This document shows positions 16,170 through 26,045 of a stretch of 36,799 bases of DNA, piece by piece. The translations under genes and the position numbers were made by a program. The DNA is from an uncultured Oscillospiraceae bacterium (GTDB lineage: Bacteria; Bacillota; Clostridia; Oscillospirales; Ruminococcaceae). The stretch covers positions 6,731 to 43,529 of the forward strand of contig CAZYRV010000006.1 in assembly GCA_964649485.1 (NCBI GenBank). The letters are read 5' to 3'. The notes below the pieces were generated by a model. That model had not been told where the DNA came from, ran no database searches, and saw nothing but the letters and a program-made list of their open reading frames with translations. Each line of letters begins with the position of its first letter. Position 1 is the first letter of the stretch.

Positions 16170-18284
16170 ATGTTCGAAAATCACAGAATATTTACGACGA
16201 CCTTCGCAGGACGAGAGCTTAAAGTCGAAACAGGCAAAACCTGCGGCTTGTCAAACGGCTCGTGCTGGGTTTATTACGGCGAAAGCGTCGTAATGGTAAA
16301 CGTTACGGCAAGCGCAAAGCCCCGTGACGGAATTGACTTTTTCCCGCTTGCGGTTGATTATGAGGAAAGGCTTTATTCCGTCGGAAAAATCCCCGGAAGC
16401 TTTCTCAAAAGAGAGGGCAGACCCTCTGAAAAGGCAATTCTCAACTCCCGCCTTGTCGACCGCCCTATGCGCCCGCTTTTCCCTAAGGATATGCGCAATG
16501 ACGTCACAATCGTTATGACGGTTCTGGCGGCAGACCCCGACACAACCCCCGAAATCCTCGGAATGATCGGCGCTTCTATTGCCGTTTCTATTTCCGATAT
16601 TCCGTGGAACGGCCCTATCGGCGGCATTAACGTCGGCTTGGTTGACGGCGAAATCGTCCTCATGCCGAACCTCGAACAGCGCAATAAATCCGACCTTTCG
16701 CTTACTGTTTCGTCAAGCGCCGAAAAGGTTGTAATGATTGAAGCAGGGGCAAACCAAGTCCCCGACGACCTTATGTTCGACGCAATCATGGCGGGACACA
16801 AGGAAATCCAAACAGCAATCATTCCTTTCATCAAGCAGATTCAGAAGGAAATCGGCAAGCCTAAATTCAGCTTTGAGTCCATGGAGGTTGATCACGACCT
16901 TTTTGATAAGATTGCTGAAATGGCGACCGACAAGGTTAAATTTGCGCTTGATACCGACGATAAAAATATTCGTGAAGAGCGCCTGAACCCCGTCAAGGAC
17001 GAAATTCACGCCAAATTCGACCCCGAATATCCCGAGCAGGGCGCAATGATTGACGAGTGCATTTACAAGCTTCAAAAGCAGATTGTCCGCCGCTGGCTTC
17101 TCGACGACGGCAAGCGTGTTGACGGCAGAACCCTCGACCAGATTCGTCCTCTTGACGCTGAAGTCGGGCTTCTTCCCCGTGTCCACGGCTCAGGAATGTT
17201 CACCCGTGGTCAGACACAGGTTCTGACAGTCGCAACCCTCGGCCCTATAAGCGATTCGCAGAAAATCGACGGCATTGACGAGGACGACAGCAAGCGCTAT
17301 ATGCACCACTATAACTTCCCGTCCTATTCCGTGGGCGAAACCCGCACAAGCCGCGGCCCCGGCAGACGTGAAATCGGCCACGGCGCTCTTGCAGAACGTG
17401 CGCTTGAGCCTGTTATTCCCTCCGTTGAGGAATTTCCGTACGCAATCCGCCTTGTTTCCGAGGTGCTTTCGTCAAACGGCTCGACCTCACAAGGCTCTAT
17501 CTGCGGCTCTACCCTTGCGCTTATGGACGCTGGCGTTCCGATTAAAGCTCCTGTTGCGGGCATTTCCGTCGGCTTAATCACAGAGGGCGACCGCTGGATG
17601 ACAATGCTTGATATTCAAGGGCTTGAGGACTTTTTCGGCGATATGGACTTTAAAGTCGGCGGAACGCACAACGGCATAACCGCAATTCAGATGGACCTTA
17701 AAATCGACGGCTTAACGCCCGAAATCATCAAGGACGCTTTTGAAAAAACCCGCAAGGCAAGAATCCACATTCTCGACGACGTAATGCTTAAAGCAATCCC
17801 CGAATATCGCTCTGAAGTCAACAAATATGCGCCTAAAATGTCAAACACAAAAATCCCTGTTGACAAAATCCGTGAGGTTATCGGCTCGGGCGGAAAGGTT
17901 ATTCAAAAGCTTTGCGCTGATTTTGATGTCAAAATCGATCTTGACGACGGAAACGTGTTCGTCTGCGGTGTCGACTCTCAAAAGGTCAAGGATTGCATTC
18001 AGGTTATTCACTCGATTGCACTTCCTCCCGAAATTGGTTCGCTTTACAAGGGCAAGGTCGTCCGTATCATGACTTTCGGCGCATTCGTTGAGATTGCTCC
18101 GGGCAAGGACGGCTTGGTTCATATTTCAAAGCTTGACAACAAGCGTGTCGCAAAGGTTGAGGACGTCGTCAATATCGGCGATGAAATCATTGTCAAGGTC
18201 ATGGAAATCGACGACCAAGGCAGAATAAACCTTTCCCGCAAGGACGCTTTGGCGGACATTGAGGCAAAGAAAAAGCAGGATTAA
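16170..18284 (+). CDS. pnp: polyribonucleotide nucleotidyltransferase (PNPase)
   Basis: 704 aa with two RNase PH domains, a KH domain (IGSGGKVIQKL) and an S1 domain (GKVVRIMTFGAFVEI). AGGAGG precedes the ATG. Confidence 0.95.
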   Translation: MFENHRIFTTTFAGRELKVETGKTCGLSNGSCWVYYGESVVMVNVTASAKPRDGIDFFPLAVDYEERLYSVGKIPGSFLKREGRPSEKAILNSRLVDRPMRPLFPKDMRNDVTIVMTVLAADPDTTPEILGMIGASIAVSISDIPWNGPIGGINVGLVDGEIVLMPNLEQRNKSDLSLTVSSSAEKVVMIEAGANQVPDDLMFDAIMAGHKEIQTAIIPFIKQIQKEIGKPKFSFESMEVDHDLFDKIAEMATDKVKFALDTDDKNIREERLNPVKDEIHAKFDPEYPEQGAMIDECIYKLQKQIVRRWLLDDGKRVDGRTLDQIRPLDAEVGLLPRVHGSGMFTRGQTQVLTVATLGPISDSQKIDGIDEDDSKRYMHHYNFPSYSVGETRTSRGPGRREIGHGALAERALEPVIPSVEEFPYAIRLVSEVLSSNGSTSQGSICGSTLALMDAGVPIKAPVAGISVGLITEGDRWMTMLDIQGLEDFFGDMDFKVGGTHNGITAIQMDLKIDGLTPEIIKDAFEKTRKARIHILDDVMLKAIPEYRSEVNKYAPKMSNTKIPVDKIREVIGSGGKVIQKLCADFDVKIDLDDGNVFVCGVDSQKVKDCIQVIHSIALPPEIGSLYKGKVVRIMTFGAFVEIAPGKDGLVHISKLDNKRVAKVEDVVNIGDEIIVKVMEIDDQGRINLSRKDALADIEAKKKQD

Positions 18285-18298
18285 TAATTATTTAAACC

Positions 18299-18333
18299 AA
18301 GCGCTCTTCCGTTTAATCGGAGGGGCGCTTTTT
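18299..18333 (+). terminator. rho-independent terminator of rpsO-pnp
   Basis: 13-bp stem AAGCGCTCTTCCG/CGGAGGGGCGCTT with loop TTTAAT, then TTT. Confidence 0.75.
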
Positions 18334-18411
18334 ATAACCGGTGATTTTAAGGCGGCATATAATTTTTCATCAATTATACCGTCGCTATACATTTAAACAT
18401 ATGCAAAAAAC

Positions 18412-18440
18412 TTGCTTTTTTCTGCATAAAGTGATATAAT
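18412..18440 (+). promoter_or_regulatory. sigma-A-type promoter for recJ-relA
   Basis: TTGCTT (18412-18417), a 17-nt spacer, then TGaTATAAT (-10 at 18435-18440). Confidence 0.55.
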
Positions 18441-18486
18441 AAATGCTAATCTACAATCAAAATCAATTCTACGAAAAGAGGACTTC

Positions 18487-20523
18487 ATGTATAAATGGCA
18501 GGTGCGAAAAGAGGATAAAACAGCTTCGGAGGCGCTTAGGCGGGCTTCGGGGCTTTCTGCGCTTGTCTGCGACGTGCTTTGCGCAAGAGGAATAAAAACA
18601 GTCGCCCAAGCAAACGATTTTTACGGCGGCGGCGGGCTTTCCGACCCGTTTTTAATCAAGGACATGGACAAGGCGGCGGAAATTATCCACGAGGCGCTTG
18701 CAAACGGCGACAAAATCACGGTTTACGGCGATTATGACTGTGACGGAGTGACCTCAACCGTGATTTTGTACAGCTATCTTGATGCCGTAGGCGGTGAAGT
18801 CGAATGGTTTATACCCTCCCGTGAGGAGGGCTATGGGCTTAATATCCCCGCAATCGAACGGATTATTTCGGGCGGAACAAAGCTTATTATCACCGTGGAC
18901 AACGGTGTTTCGGCACGTGCGGAGGCTGATTATATCCGTGAAAACGGCGTTTCTCTCGTGATAACCGACCACCACCACGTTCCCGAAATTCTGCCTGTAG
19001 CCGATGCCGTCGTAAACCCGCACCGTCCCGACGACACCTCGCCCTATAAGGATTTGGCGGGAGTCGGCGTCACGCTTAAGCTTATTTCGGCGCTTGAAAA
19101 CGGCGACACAGCTTCGGTTTTAGAGCAGTATGCAGACTTTGCCGCAATCGGCACTGTTGCGGACATTGTGCCGCTTACTGGCGAAAACCGCCTCATCGTT
19201 TCCCGTGGTGTTGACGGCATTTTAAACAGCGAAAACGCAGGCTTAAACGCTCTGCTCAGGATTTCGGGAATTGACGAAAACAGACTTTCCGCCTCGGCGC
19301 TTGCCTTTACGGTTTGCCCGAGAATAAATGCTGCGGGGCGCTATAAAAGCGCTTCGGCGGCGGTTGATTTGTTTTTGTGCGAGGAATATGCCGTCGCTTC
19401 GGCAAAGGCGGAAGAGCTTGATTTGCTCAATAAACAGCGCCGTGACACAGAAGGCGCAATCATGACGGAAATTGAAAAGCTTTTGGACGAAACCCCCTCC
19501 CTGCTCAACGAAAGGGTGCTTGTTTTTGTCGGCGACGGCTGGCATCACGGAGTAATCGGAATCGTTGCGGCAAGGGTTTTAGACCGCTTTGGAAAACCAG
19601 CGATTATCATAGGCAAGGAAAACGGTGTCGGACGTGCCTCGGCAAGAGGCGTACCCGGATTTTCGCTTTATAATCTGCTTGAAAATTCGGCTGATTTGCT
19701 TATAAAGTTCGGCGGGCACGAGCGTGCGGCTGGCTTTTCCATAAATGAGGAAAACATTCCCCCCTTTCTCGAACGCGTAAGCCGTTTTGCAGAGCTTAAT
19801 TTCCCCGAAATGCCCGCAATGCCGCTTGTCGCCGACAAAGAGCTTTCGGCGGAGGAAATAACCGTCGAAAGCATAGAAACGCTTTCCTCTCTTGAGCCGT
19901 ATGGTGAAGCCAACGACGAGCCGTTGTTCAAGCTTTCGGGCTGTCGGATATTGTCAAAAAGGGCGCTTAAAAACGGCAGATTCACAAGCTTTAACTTTGA
20001 CTTTCAAGGAAAACAGCTCAAGGCGCTTTGCTTTGGAATAGAATTCAAGGATTTTTGGCATAATATAGGGGATTTAGTTGACCTTGTCGCCGTTTTAAAT
20101 ATAAATGAATATAATGGAAGCACCGACGTAGTCGCAAAAATTAAGGACATACGCTCGGCGGGCTTTAATCAGGACAGATTTTTTGCCGCAAAGGCCACCT
20201 ATGAGGGCATAATGCGGGGCGAAAATTTCGACCCTCGGCTTATTGTGAGAATTGTTCCTGATAGGGAGAATCTCAAGAAAATATACGATTTAATCCGGAA
20301 ATGCGGCGGCTCTTTCAAGGTGCTTGAGGACATGGCGGGCGCTGAAAACATTAATTATTGTATGCTTAGAATGGGCGCTGATGCGCTTTGCGAGCTTGGG
20401 CTTGTCCGTCAGAATTATCCAAAAGGGATAATCGAGCTTAATCCGAACGCAAAAAAGGTTGATTTAGGGACATCTAAAATATTGGCAAGCCTTGCCGAAA
20501 AAGCAAAGGGGGGAAACCGATGA
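18487..20523 (+). CDS. recJ: single-stranded-DNA-specific exonuclease RecJ
   Basis: DHH family motifs (GDYDCDGVTS, ITVDNG, ITDHHH) and the DHHA1 GGHERAAG motif. Confidence 0.9.
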   Translation: MYKWQVRKEDKTASEALRRASGLSALVCDVLCARGIKTVAQANDFYGGGGLSDPFLIKDMDKAAEIIHEALANGDKITVYGDYDCDGVTSTVILYSYLDAVGGEVEWFIPSREEGYGLNIPAIERIISGGTKLIITVDNGVSARAEADYIRENGVSLVITDHHHVPEILPVADAVVNPHRPDDTSPYKDLAGVGVTLKLISALENGDTASVLEQYADFAAIGTVADIVPLTGENRLIVSRGVDGILNSENAGLNALLRISGIDENRLSASALAFTVCPRINAAGRYKSASAAVDLFLCEEYAVASAKAEELDLLNKQRRDTEGAIMTEIEKLLDETPSLLNERVLVFVGDGWHHGVIGIVAARVLDRFGKPAIIIGKENGVGRASARGVPGFSLYNLLENSADLLIKFGGHERAAGFSINEENIPPFLERVSRFAELNFPEMPAMPLVADKELSAEEITVESIETLSSLEPYGEANDEPLFKLSGCRILSKRALKNGRFTSFNFDFQGKQLKALCFGIEFKDFWHNIGDLVDLVAVLNINEYNGSTDVVAKIKDIRSAGFNQDRFFAAKATYEGIMRGENFDPRLIVRIVPDRENLKKIYDLIRKCGGSFKVLEDMAGAENINYCMLRMGADALCELGLVRQNYPKGIIELNPNAKKVDLGTSKILASLAEKAKGGNR

Positions 20524-22688
20524 TTTGCACGTTTAATATGCTTATGGAGCGCATCGCCGCAAGCGAAAAGCCCTATGACATTGAAAAAATAACCGCCGCC
20601 TATAAGGTTGCGGAGGAGGCACACAGGGGGCAGGTGCGTTCGTCGGGAGAGCCGTACATCACTCACCCCATTGCGGTTGCTTATATTCTGCTTGACTTAT
20701 ATATGGACACCGACACGATTGTGGCGGCGCTTTTGCACGACGTTGTTGAGGACACAGGCGTAACCCTTGAAATGCTTACGAAAAAGTTCGGCGAGGACGT
20801 GGCGAACCTCGTTGACGGAGTAACCAAAATCGGTCTTGTTCCGCTTAACACAAAGGAAGAACAGCAGGCGGAAAATATCCGTAAAATCCTTATGGCAATG
20901 TCAAAGGATATCCGTGTCATCATCATAAAGCTTGCCGACAGGCTTCACAATATGCGCACGCTTGCCGCACGTCCGCCCGAAAAACAGCGCAAAACCTCCG
21001 TTGAAACCATGAGCTTTTATGCTCCGATTGCGCACAGACTCGGTATGAGCTATGTCAAGGAGGAAATGGAAGACTTGGCTCTGCGCTATCTCGATCCTTA
21101 CGGCTTTAAGGAAATTGAGGAGTTTTTAAACCGAAACAAAGACCAGCGCAATACCTTTATTGATAAAATCAAGGACAAAATCGGCGAACGCATAAGCGAT
21201 ATTATTCCGCCGCCTGTGATTGAGGGGCGGGTAAAATCAATTTACAGCATTTACAAAAAGGTTTACGTCAAGGGCAAGAACTTTGACGAGATTTATGACG
21301 TTTATGCCGTGCGTGTAATCGTGACGACGACGGCTGACTGCTATAACGTTCTGGGAATAATCCACGATATGTACCGCCCCATTCCATACCGCTTTAAGGA
21401 TTATATCGCAACGCCGAAGCCGAACCGCTATCAATCGCTTCACACAACCGTTATCGGGCGTGAGGGGATTCCCTTTGAGGTGCAGATTCGGACGGTTGAG
21501 ATGCACAATACGGCGCAGTATGGTGTCGCCGCCCACTGGAAATATAAAGCAGGAATAGCGGGCAAGGTCATCGGCGAAAAGCGCTTTGACTGGATTCGCC
21601 AAATCCTCGAGCAACAGCAGGAAGCCGACGATATAGAGCAAATTGCCGAAACAATCAAGGTTGACCTTGCGCCCGACGACGTGTACGTTTTCACCCCAAA
21701 GGGCGACGTAATCACGCTTGCGCAGGGGGCGACGGTGATCGATTTCGCTTATGCAATCCATACACAGGTCGGGCATAAAATGATTGGCGCAAAGGTCGGC
21801 GGAAGAATGTCAAGCTTTGACACCGTGCTTAAAACAGGCGATATTGTCGAGGTTTTGACGTCGTCGTCGCCGAACGCCGGCCCGAAGCGAAATTGGCTTG
21901 AAATTGCCAAAACAAACGAGGCAAAGGCAAAGATTCGCTCTTGGTTCAAGCGTGAGCGCCGTGACGAAAACATTGCCGAGGGCAAGCTTTATATAGAGCG
22001 TGAATTTAAGCGGAATTTCATCGCCCTGAACGACGACTTTATCGACGAAATCGCAAAGCGCCATCACTTTGCCGATGCAGAGGATTTTTATGCGGCAATC
22101 GGCTATGGCGGGGTTTCGCTTTCGAAAATAATGCCGAGAATCAAGGACGAATACCAGCGCACCGTAAAGCCCGCCGAAACGGTTATAGAGCCGCTTGAGG
22201 TTGTCGAGCAGGCACAAAAGCGTGTCCAGCAAAACGGAATAATCGTCGAGGGAATAGACAACTGCTTAATCAAGCACGCACAGTGCTGTAACCCGCTTCC
22301 CGGCGACGATATTGTCGGATTTATCACCAGAGGCTTTGGAATTTCCGTCCACAAAAAGGACTGTATAAACTATATAAACAGCATAAAGGACGAGGAAAAC
22401 CGCCCCCGCTGGGTCAAGGTCGCATGGGCGAACACAAGCCACGCAATTTATCGTGCGACCCTTGACGTAATCGCCGAGGACAGGACGGCGCTTATTGCCG
22501 ACGTGGCGACGACCGTTGCGGGAAGCCGCATTCCCGTTTACGAAATCAATGCCCACACGCTTAAAAACGGCAATGCAAACATTGTTATGTCCGTGGGAAT
22601 TGCGGGAGTCGAACAGCTTGACAGCATAATCGCAAGAATCAAAAAGGTTCAGGGCGTTATTTCAGTCGAACGAACAGGAAAGGCATAA
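20520..22688 (+). CDS. relA: bifunctional (p)ppGpp synthetase/hydrolase (RelA/SpoT family)
   Basis: HD hydrolase domain (HPIAVAYIL, LHDVVEDT), a synthetase domain (YRPIPYRFKDYIATPKPNRYQSLHTTV), and TGS and ACT regions. The start overlaps the recJ stop (ATGA). Confidence 0.92.
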   Translation: MICTFNMLMERIAASEKPYDIEKITAAYKVAEEAHRGQVRSSGEPYITHPIAVAYILLDLYMDTDTIVAALLHDVVEDTGVTLEMLTKKFGEDVANLVDGVTKIGLVPLNTKEEQQAENIRKILMAMSKDIRVIIIKLADRLHNMRTLAARPPEKQRKTSVETMSFYAPIAHRLGMSYVKEEMEDLALRYLDPYGFKEIEEFLNRNKDQRNTFIDKIKDKIGERISDIIPPPVIEGRVKSIYSIYKKVYVKGKNFDEIYDVYAVRVIVTTTADCYNVLGIIHDMYRPIPYRFKDYIATPKPNRYQSLHTTVIGREGIPFEVQIRTVEMHNTAQYGVAAHWKYKAGIAGKVIGEKRFDWIRQILEQQQEADDIEQIAETIKVDLAPDDVYVFTPKGDVITLAQGATVIDFAYAIHTQVGHKMIGAKVGGRMSSFDTVLKTGDIVEVLTSSSPNAGPKRNWLEIAKTNEAKAKIRSWFKRERRDENIAEGKLYIEREFKRNFIALNDDFIDEIAKRHHFADAEDFYAAIGYGGVSLSKIMPRIKDEYQRTVKPAETVIEPLEVVEQAQKRVQQNGIIVEGIDNCLIKHAQCCNPLPGDDIVGFITRGFGISVHKKDCINYINSIKDEENRPRWVKVAWANTSHAIYRATLDVIAEDRTALIADVATTVAGSRIPVYEINAHTLKNGNANIVMSVGIAGVEQLDSIIARIKKVQGVISVERTGKA

Positions 22689-22689
22689 T

Positions 22690-23322
22690 ATGAAAATTTT
22701 CCCACTTACCTTGGGCGAGCTTGACACGAACTGCTTTATAATTGCGACCGAACACAACAAGGCGGTTGTGATTGACCCTGCGGCGGAGGCGGATAAAATT
22801 CTCGCCGTTCTAGACGAGAATAAGCTTTCGGCAGAATGGATTTTGCTTACGCACGGGCATTTTGACCATACGGCGGCGGCATTTTCGCTTATTGAAAAAA
22901 CGGGTGCAAAGCTTTATATTCACAAGGACGATGATGAGCTTTTGTCAGACCCCGTAAAATCCGTGGCAAATTTTATCCGAAACGAAACGTTTCACGTTTT
23001 AAAGCCCGATTTTTATCTTGAGGACGGAGCAGAGCTTGACTTGGACGGCGCAAAATTCCGCATAATGCACACGCCGGGGCATACAAGAGGGAGCGTTATG
23101 CTTTTTTGCGGCGATATTATTTTTGCGGGCGACACAATTTTCGCAGGCTCTGTCGGACGGACGGATTTATACGGCGGAAACTATTTCGACCAGCGCAAAA
23201 GCCTTGATAAAATCAGGGAAATCGGCGGGAACTATCAAATTTTCTGCGGACACGGCGCCGAAACAACCCTCCTTGCCGAAAAACACAGCAACCCATATCT
23301 GCGCACGGGAAATTTTGTTTGA
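22690..23322 (+). CDS. MBL-fold metallo-hydrolase
   Basis: HGHFDH motif and HTPGHTRGS. At 210 aa it is typical of the glyoxalase II-like subgroup. Confidence 0.8.
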   Translation: MKIFPLTLGELDTNCFIIATEHNKAVVIDPAAEADKILAVLDENKLSAEWILLTHGHFDHTAAAFSLIEKTGAKLYIHKDDDELLSDPVKSVANFIRNETFHVLKPDFYLEDGAELDLDGAKFRIMHTPGHTRGSVMLFCGDIIFAGDTIFAGSVGRTDLYGGNYFDQRKSLDKIREIGGNYQIFCGHGAETTLLAEKHSNPYLRTGNFV

Positions 23323-23347
23323 CACAAGAGATGAGTCATGCTATAAT
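23319..23347 (+). promoter_or_regulatory. sigma-A-type promoter overlapping the MBL hydrolase stop codon
   Basis: TTGACA (23319-23324), a 17-nt spacer, then TGcTATAAT (-10 at 23342-23347). Confidence 0.6.
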
Positions 23348-23379
23348 AACACAAAAGCGGGCAGTAAAATGCCTTTCTC

Positions 23380-23976
23380 ATGATTTCCACAAAAGCGGGG
23401 TGTAAATTGAACAAAAGCAAAATTGCACGGGCGAAATCGCCCTATACCGCACGGCAAATCCGTGAATATGTCGATTTTTATTTCAAGGTTCGGCTTGATT
23501 TCATAGTAAATTCCTTCAGAATTGCCGCCGTTGCGCTTTTTTTGATAAGCATTGCGGCTTTCGTCACGAGGGAATATGTGATATTTTCCGGTCTTGTTCT
23601 GGGCGCAATTGTCTGCGGGTTCATGCCTCTGATTATGAAGTCGGTTTTTTTCGCAATCGTAAAAAACAACGGCTTTTTCCCGCTTGGCGGCGATGTTGAT
23701 TTCACCTTTTTCGAGGACGGAATTTCCGCTTTAAGCGGAGGAAAAAGCATTGATATTGCCGTGGACGAGGTTTTTCTTGTATACGAATCTGTCCACAGCC
23801 TTTATTTTTATTGCAGAAAAAAAGACGAAAACGGCGCTGTCGGAAAAGCTTTCGTTTTCATGACGACGAAAAACTCATTCGTCACAGGCTCTCATCTCGA
23901 TGTCCAAAAGCTTTATTCAACACGGCTCAAGAGAAAATATAAAATCCGAGTCAAGCAAAAATACAGGACGGCATAA
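23380..23976 (+). CDS. hypothetical membrane protein
   Basis: Two adjacent TM helices (IAAVALFLISIAAFV, FSGLVLGAIVCGFMPLIM) precede a soluble C-terminal part. An in-frame TTG at 23407 is an alternative start. No family assigned. Confidence 0.6.
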   Translation: MISTKAGCKLNKSKIARAKSPYTARQIREYVDFYFKVRLDFIVNSFRIAAVALFLISIAAFVTREYVIFSGLVLGAIVCGFMPLIMKSVFFAIVKNNGFFPLGGDVDFTFFEDGISALSGGKSIDIAVDEVFLVYESVHSLYFYCRKKDENGAVGKAFVFMTTKNSFVTGSHLDVQKLYSTRLKRKYKIRVKQKYRTA

Positions 23977-23990
23977 ACGGAGGTGTTTTT

Positions 23991-25334
23991 ATCAAGCTTA
24001 ACTGGAACAAGCGTTATCTCACGATTGCCGCCTATGCGGTCGGCGTAATCGTCATAAGCGCAGTGATTATCTCCATTATCCTCAATATTCCCGACGTAAT
24101 CGGTGCGGCAAACGGCATCTGGAATCTTTTGCTTCCGTTTATTGCGGGGCTTGCCATCGCCTATTTGCTTAACCCGCTTATGATGTTCATCGAAAACAGG
24201 ATTTTTGCAAAGCTGATAAAACCCACTGTCAAAAAACGAGGAAAAAAGCTTCGGACGCTTTCGCTTGTTGTGACGGTTTTGCTTACTGTCGCCGTTTTCG
24301 TCGGCATTATTTTCTCGATTATAAAGCTTGCGGAAAACATTCTGACGATTTTCAAGGTTTTCCCCTCTTATATAAAAGGGCTTGAGGATTTCGTCGTCAA
24401 AACCTTTTCCACCAACCCCGAGCTTCAAGAGTTCTGGGGAGACCCGATTAAACGGCTCGAGGAAAACTATGGTAAGATATGGGAAATGATTAACCCTTCA
24501 TTAAACGGCTTTGTGCAAAACATAAGTGCGGGTGTTTGGGCGCTTATCGATGCGCTTAAAAACGTCATAATCGGCTTTATAATAAGCATTTACTTCCTTT
24601 TCAGCAAAGAGCTTTTTATCGGTCAGTCGAAGAAAATCATGTTTGCAATTTTCAAGAACAACACCTGCCAGAAAATTTTCTCCATGTACCGCAAATGCAA
24701 CAAAATTTTCATGGACAGCATAATCGCCAAGGCATTAGATGCGCTTATCGTCGGCTTGCTTTATTTTGCGGGCTGTTCGATTCTTCAGATTCAGTATGCT
24801 TTTTTGATAAGCGTAATCATGACGCTTTTCAACTTAATCCCTTATATCGGTGCGCTTTTAGGGGCAATCCCTTGTGCGCTTTTGCTTGCACTTTCGGAAA
24901 ATCCCGTACAGGCACTTTGGTTTATCATTTTCAGCCTCGTGCTTCAAAATATTGACGGCAATATAATAAACCCGAAAATTATGGGCGGCAGGACGGGGCT
25001 TCCGTCGGTCTGGGTGCTTGTTTCTATCATAATCGGCGGCGGGCTTTTTCAGATTGTGGGAATGCTTCTTGCTGTTCCTGTCTGCGCCGTGCTTTATATG
25101 ATTATCAAAACCATGGTCGAAAACAAGCTCGAGCGCAAGGGCTTGCCTGTTGACACGGAAATGTACAGCGGAAGTGTCGAACATATGACGGCGGATTATG
25201 TTTATACCGAGGAGGAAAAGGCGGTTGACGAAATCCGCCATAATGAAGAGCTTGAAGAACAGCAGGCTGAAAAACAAAGCTTTTTCCAAAAGCTTAAAAA
25301 CAAAATAACAAGCAAACGCAAGGATAATAAATAA
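23991..25334 (+). CDS. AI-2E family transporter (PerM/YtvI-like permease)
   Basis: Multi-TM protein with the AI-2E pattern ([16 protein letters not shown]..., [14 protein letters not shown]). The first canonical start, GTG 24063, would cut TM1. I propose ATC 23991, 7 nt after GGAGG (23979-23983). The gene call is solid and the start is tentative. Confidence 0.8.
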   Translation: MKLNWNKRYLTIAAYAVGVIVISAVIISIILNIPDVIGAANGIWNLLLPFIAGLAIAYLLNPLMMFIENRIFAKLIKPTVKKRGKKLRTLSLVVTVLLTVAVFVGIIFSIIKLAENILTIFKVFPSYIKGLEDFVVKTFSTNPELQEFWGDPIKRLEENYGKIWEMINPSLNGFVQNISAGVWALIDALKNVIIGFIISIYFLFSKELFIGQSKKIMFAIFKNNTCQKIFSMYRKCNKIFMDSIIAKALDALIVGLLYFAGCSILQIQYAFLISVIMTLFNLIPYIGALLGAIPCALLLALSENPVQALWFIIFSLVLQNIDGNIINPKIMGGRTGLPSVWVLVSIIIGGGLFQIVGMLLAVPVCAVLYMIIKTMVENKLERKGLPVDTEMYSGSVEHMTADYVYTEEEKAVDEIRHNEELEEQQAEKQSFFQKLKNKITSKRKDNK

Positions 25335-25792
25335 TGGATATTGTTGAGCTTTTTTCAGACGGAGCGTGCAGCGGAAACCCCGGGCCGGGCGGCTTTGGCA
25401 CTATTTTGCGCTGTCGTGGCAAGGAAACAGAGCTTTCGGGCGGTGCGCCCGACACCACAAACAACCGTATGGAGCTTTTGGGGCTTATCACGGGGCTTGA
25501 GGCGCTTAAGCGGCCGTGCAAGGTGATTGCGACGACGGACAGCCGCTATGTCGTGGACGGAATTGTAAAGGGCTGGGCGAAAGGCTGGCGGCGAAACAAC
25601 TGGATTAAAAGCGACAAAAAGCCTGCGTTAAACGCCGACCTGTGGGAACGGCTGTTGAATCTGGTTGAAATTCACGAGGTCGAGCTTAAATGGATCAAGG
25701 GACACGCAGGACACGCAGAAAACGAGCGCTGTGACAGGCTCGCCGTCGAACAAAGGGATAAATTTTCACAAATAATATCGAATCACGATTAG
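25334..25792 (+). CDS. rnhA: ribonuclease HI
   Basis: [41 protein letters not shown]. Confidence 0.9.
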   Translation: MDIVELFSDGACSGNPGPGGFGTILRCRGKETELSGGAPDTTNNRMELLGLITGLEALKRPCKVIATTDSRYVVDGIVKGWAKGWRRNNWIKSDKKPALNADLWERLLNLVEIHEVELKWIKGHAGHAENERCDRLAVEQRDKFSQIISNHD

Positions 25793-25859
25793 AAGCGCTT
25801 TAAAATCGGTAAAAACTTGGATTTATGGCTTTTAAGGTTTCAATCAGATCTGATATAAG

Positions 25860-25900
25860 GCGCTGAATTTCCAAAGGCTTTCGGAAATCCAGCGCTTTTT
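25860..25900 (+). terminator. rho-independent terminator after rnhA
   Basis: Stem GCGCTGAATTTCC/GGAAATCCAGCGC with one mismatch, followed by TTTTT. Confidence 0.7.
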
Positions 25901-25961
25901 ACGGATATTTTATCGGCAAGGTTTGTTTTTTTACTGTTTACGATAATTTTCGTGAAAAATC

Positions 25962-25990
25962 TTGACATTTTACATGAAATATTGTACAAT
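25962..25990 (+). promoter_or_regulatory. sigma-A-type promoter for the chemoreceptor gene
   Basis: TTGACA (25962-25967), a 17-nt spacer, then TGtTACAAT (-10 at 25985-25990). Confidence 0.6.
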
Positions 25991-26045
25991 TTATATACCA
26001 CATTATTCTTCAAATTCTTACAATATTACCAAAAGGGAGCCTGCT

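Noticed and set aside
25962-26045. ORF-track N-terminal extensions. These are the MCP from TTG 25962, copA from 27516, spoIIAB from 1904, spoIIAA from 2260, rpiB from 6811, coaX from 10592 and the 2385 gene from 3977.
   Set aside because: The extensions run through promoter hexamers or upstream genes and have no SD. The internal ATGs have good SDs and match the expected family N-termini.
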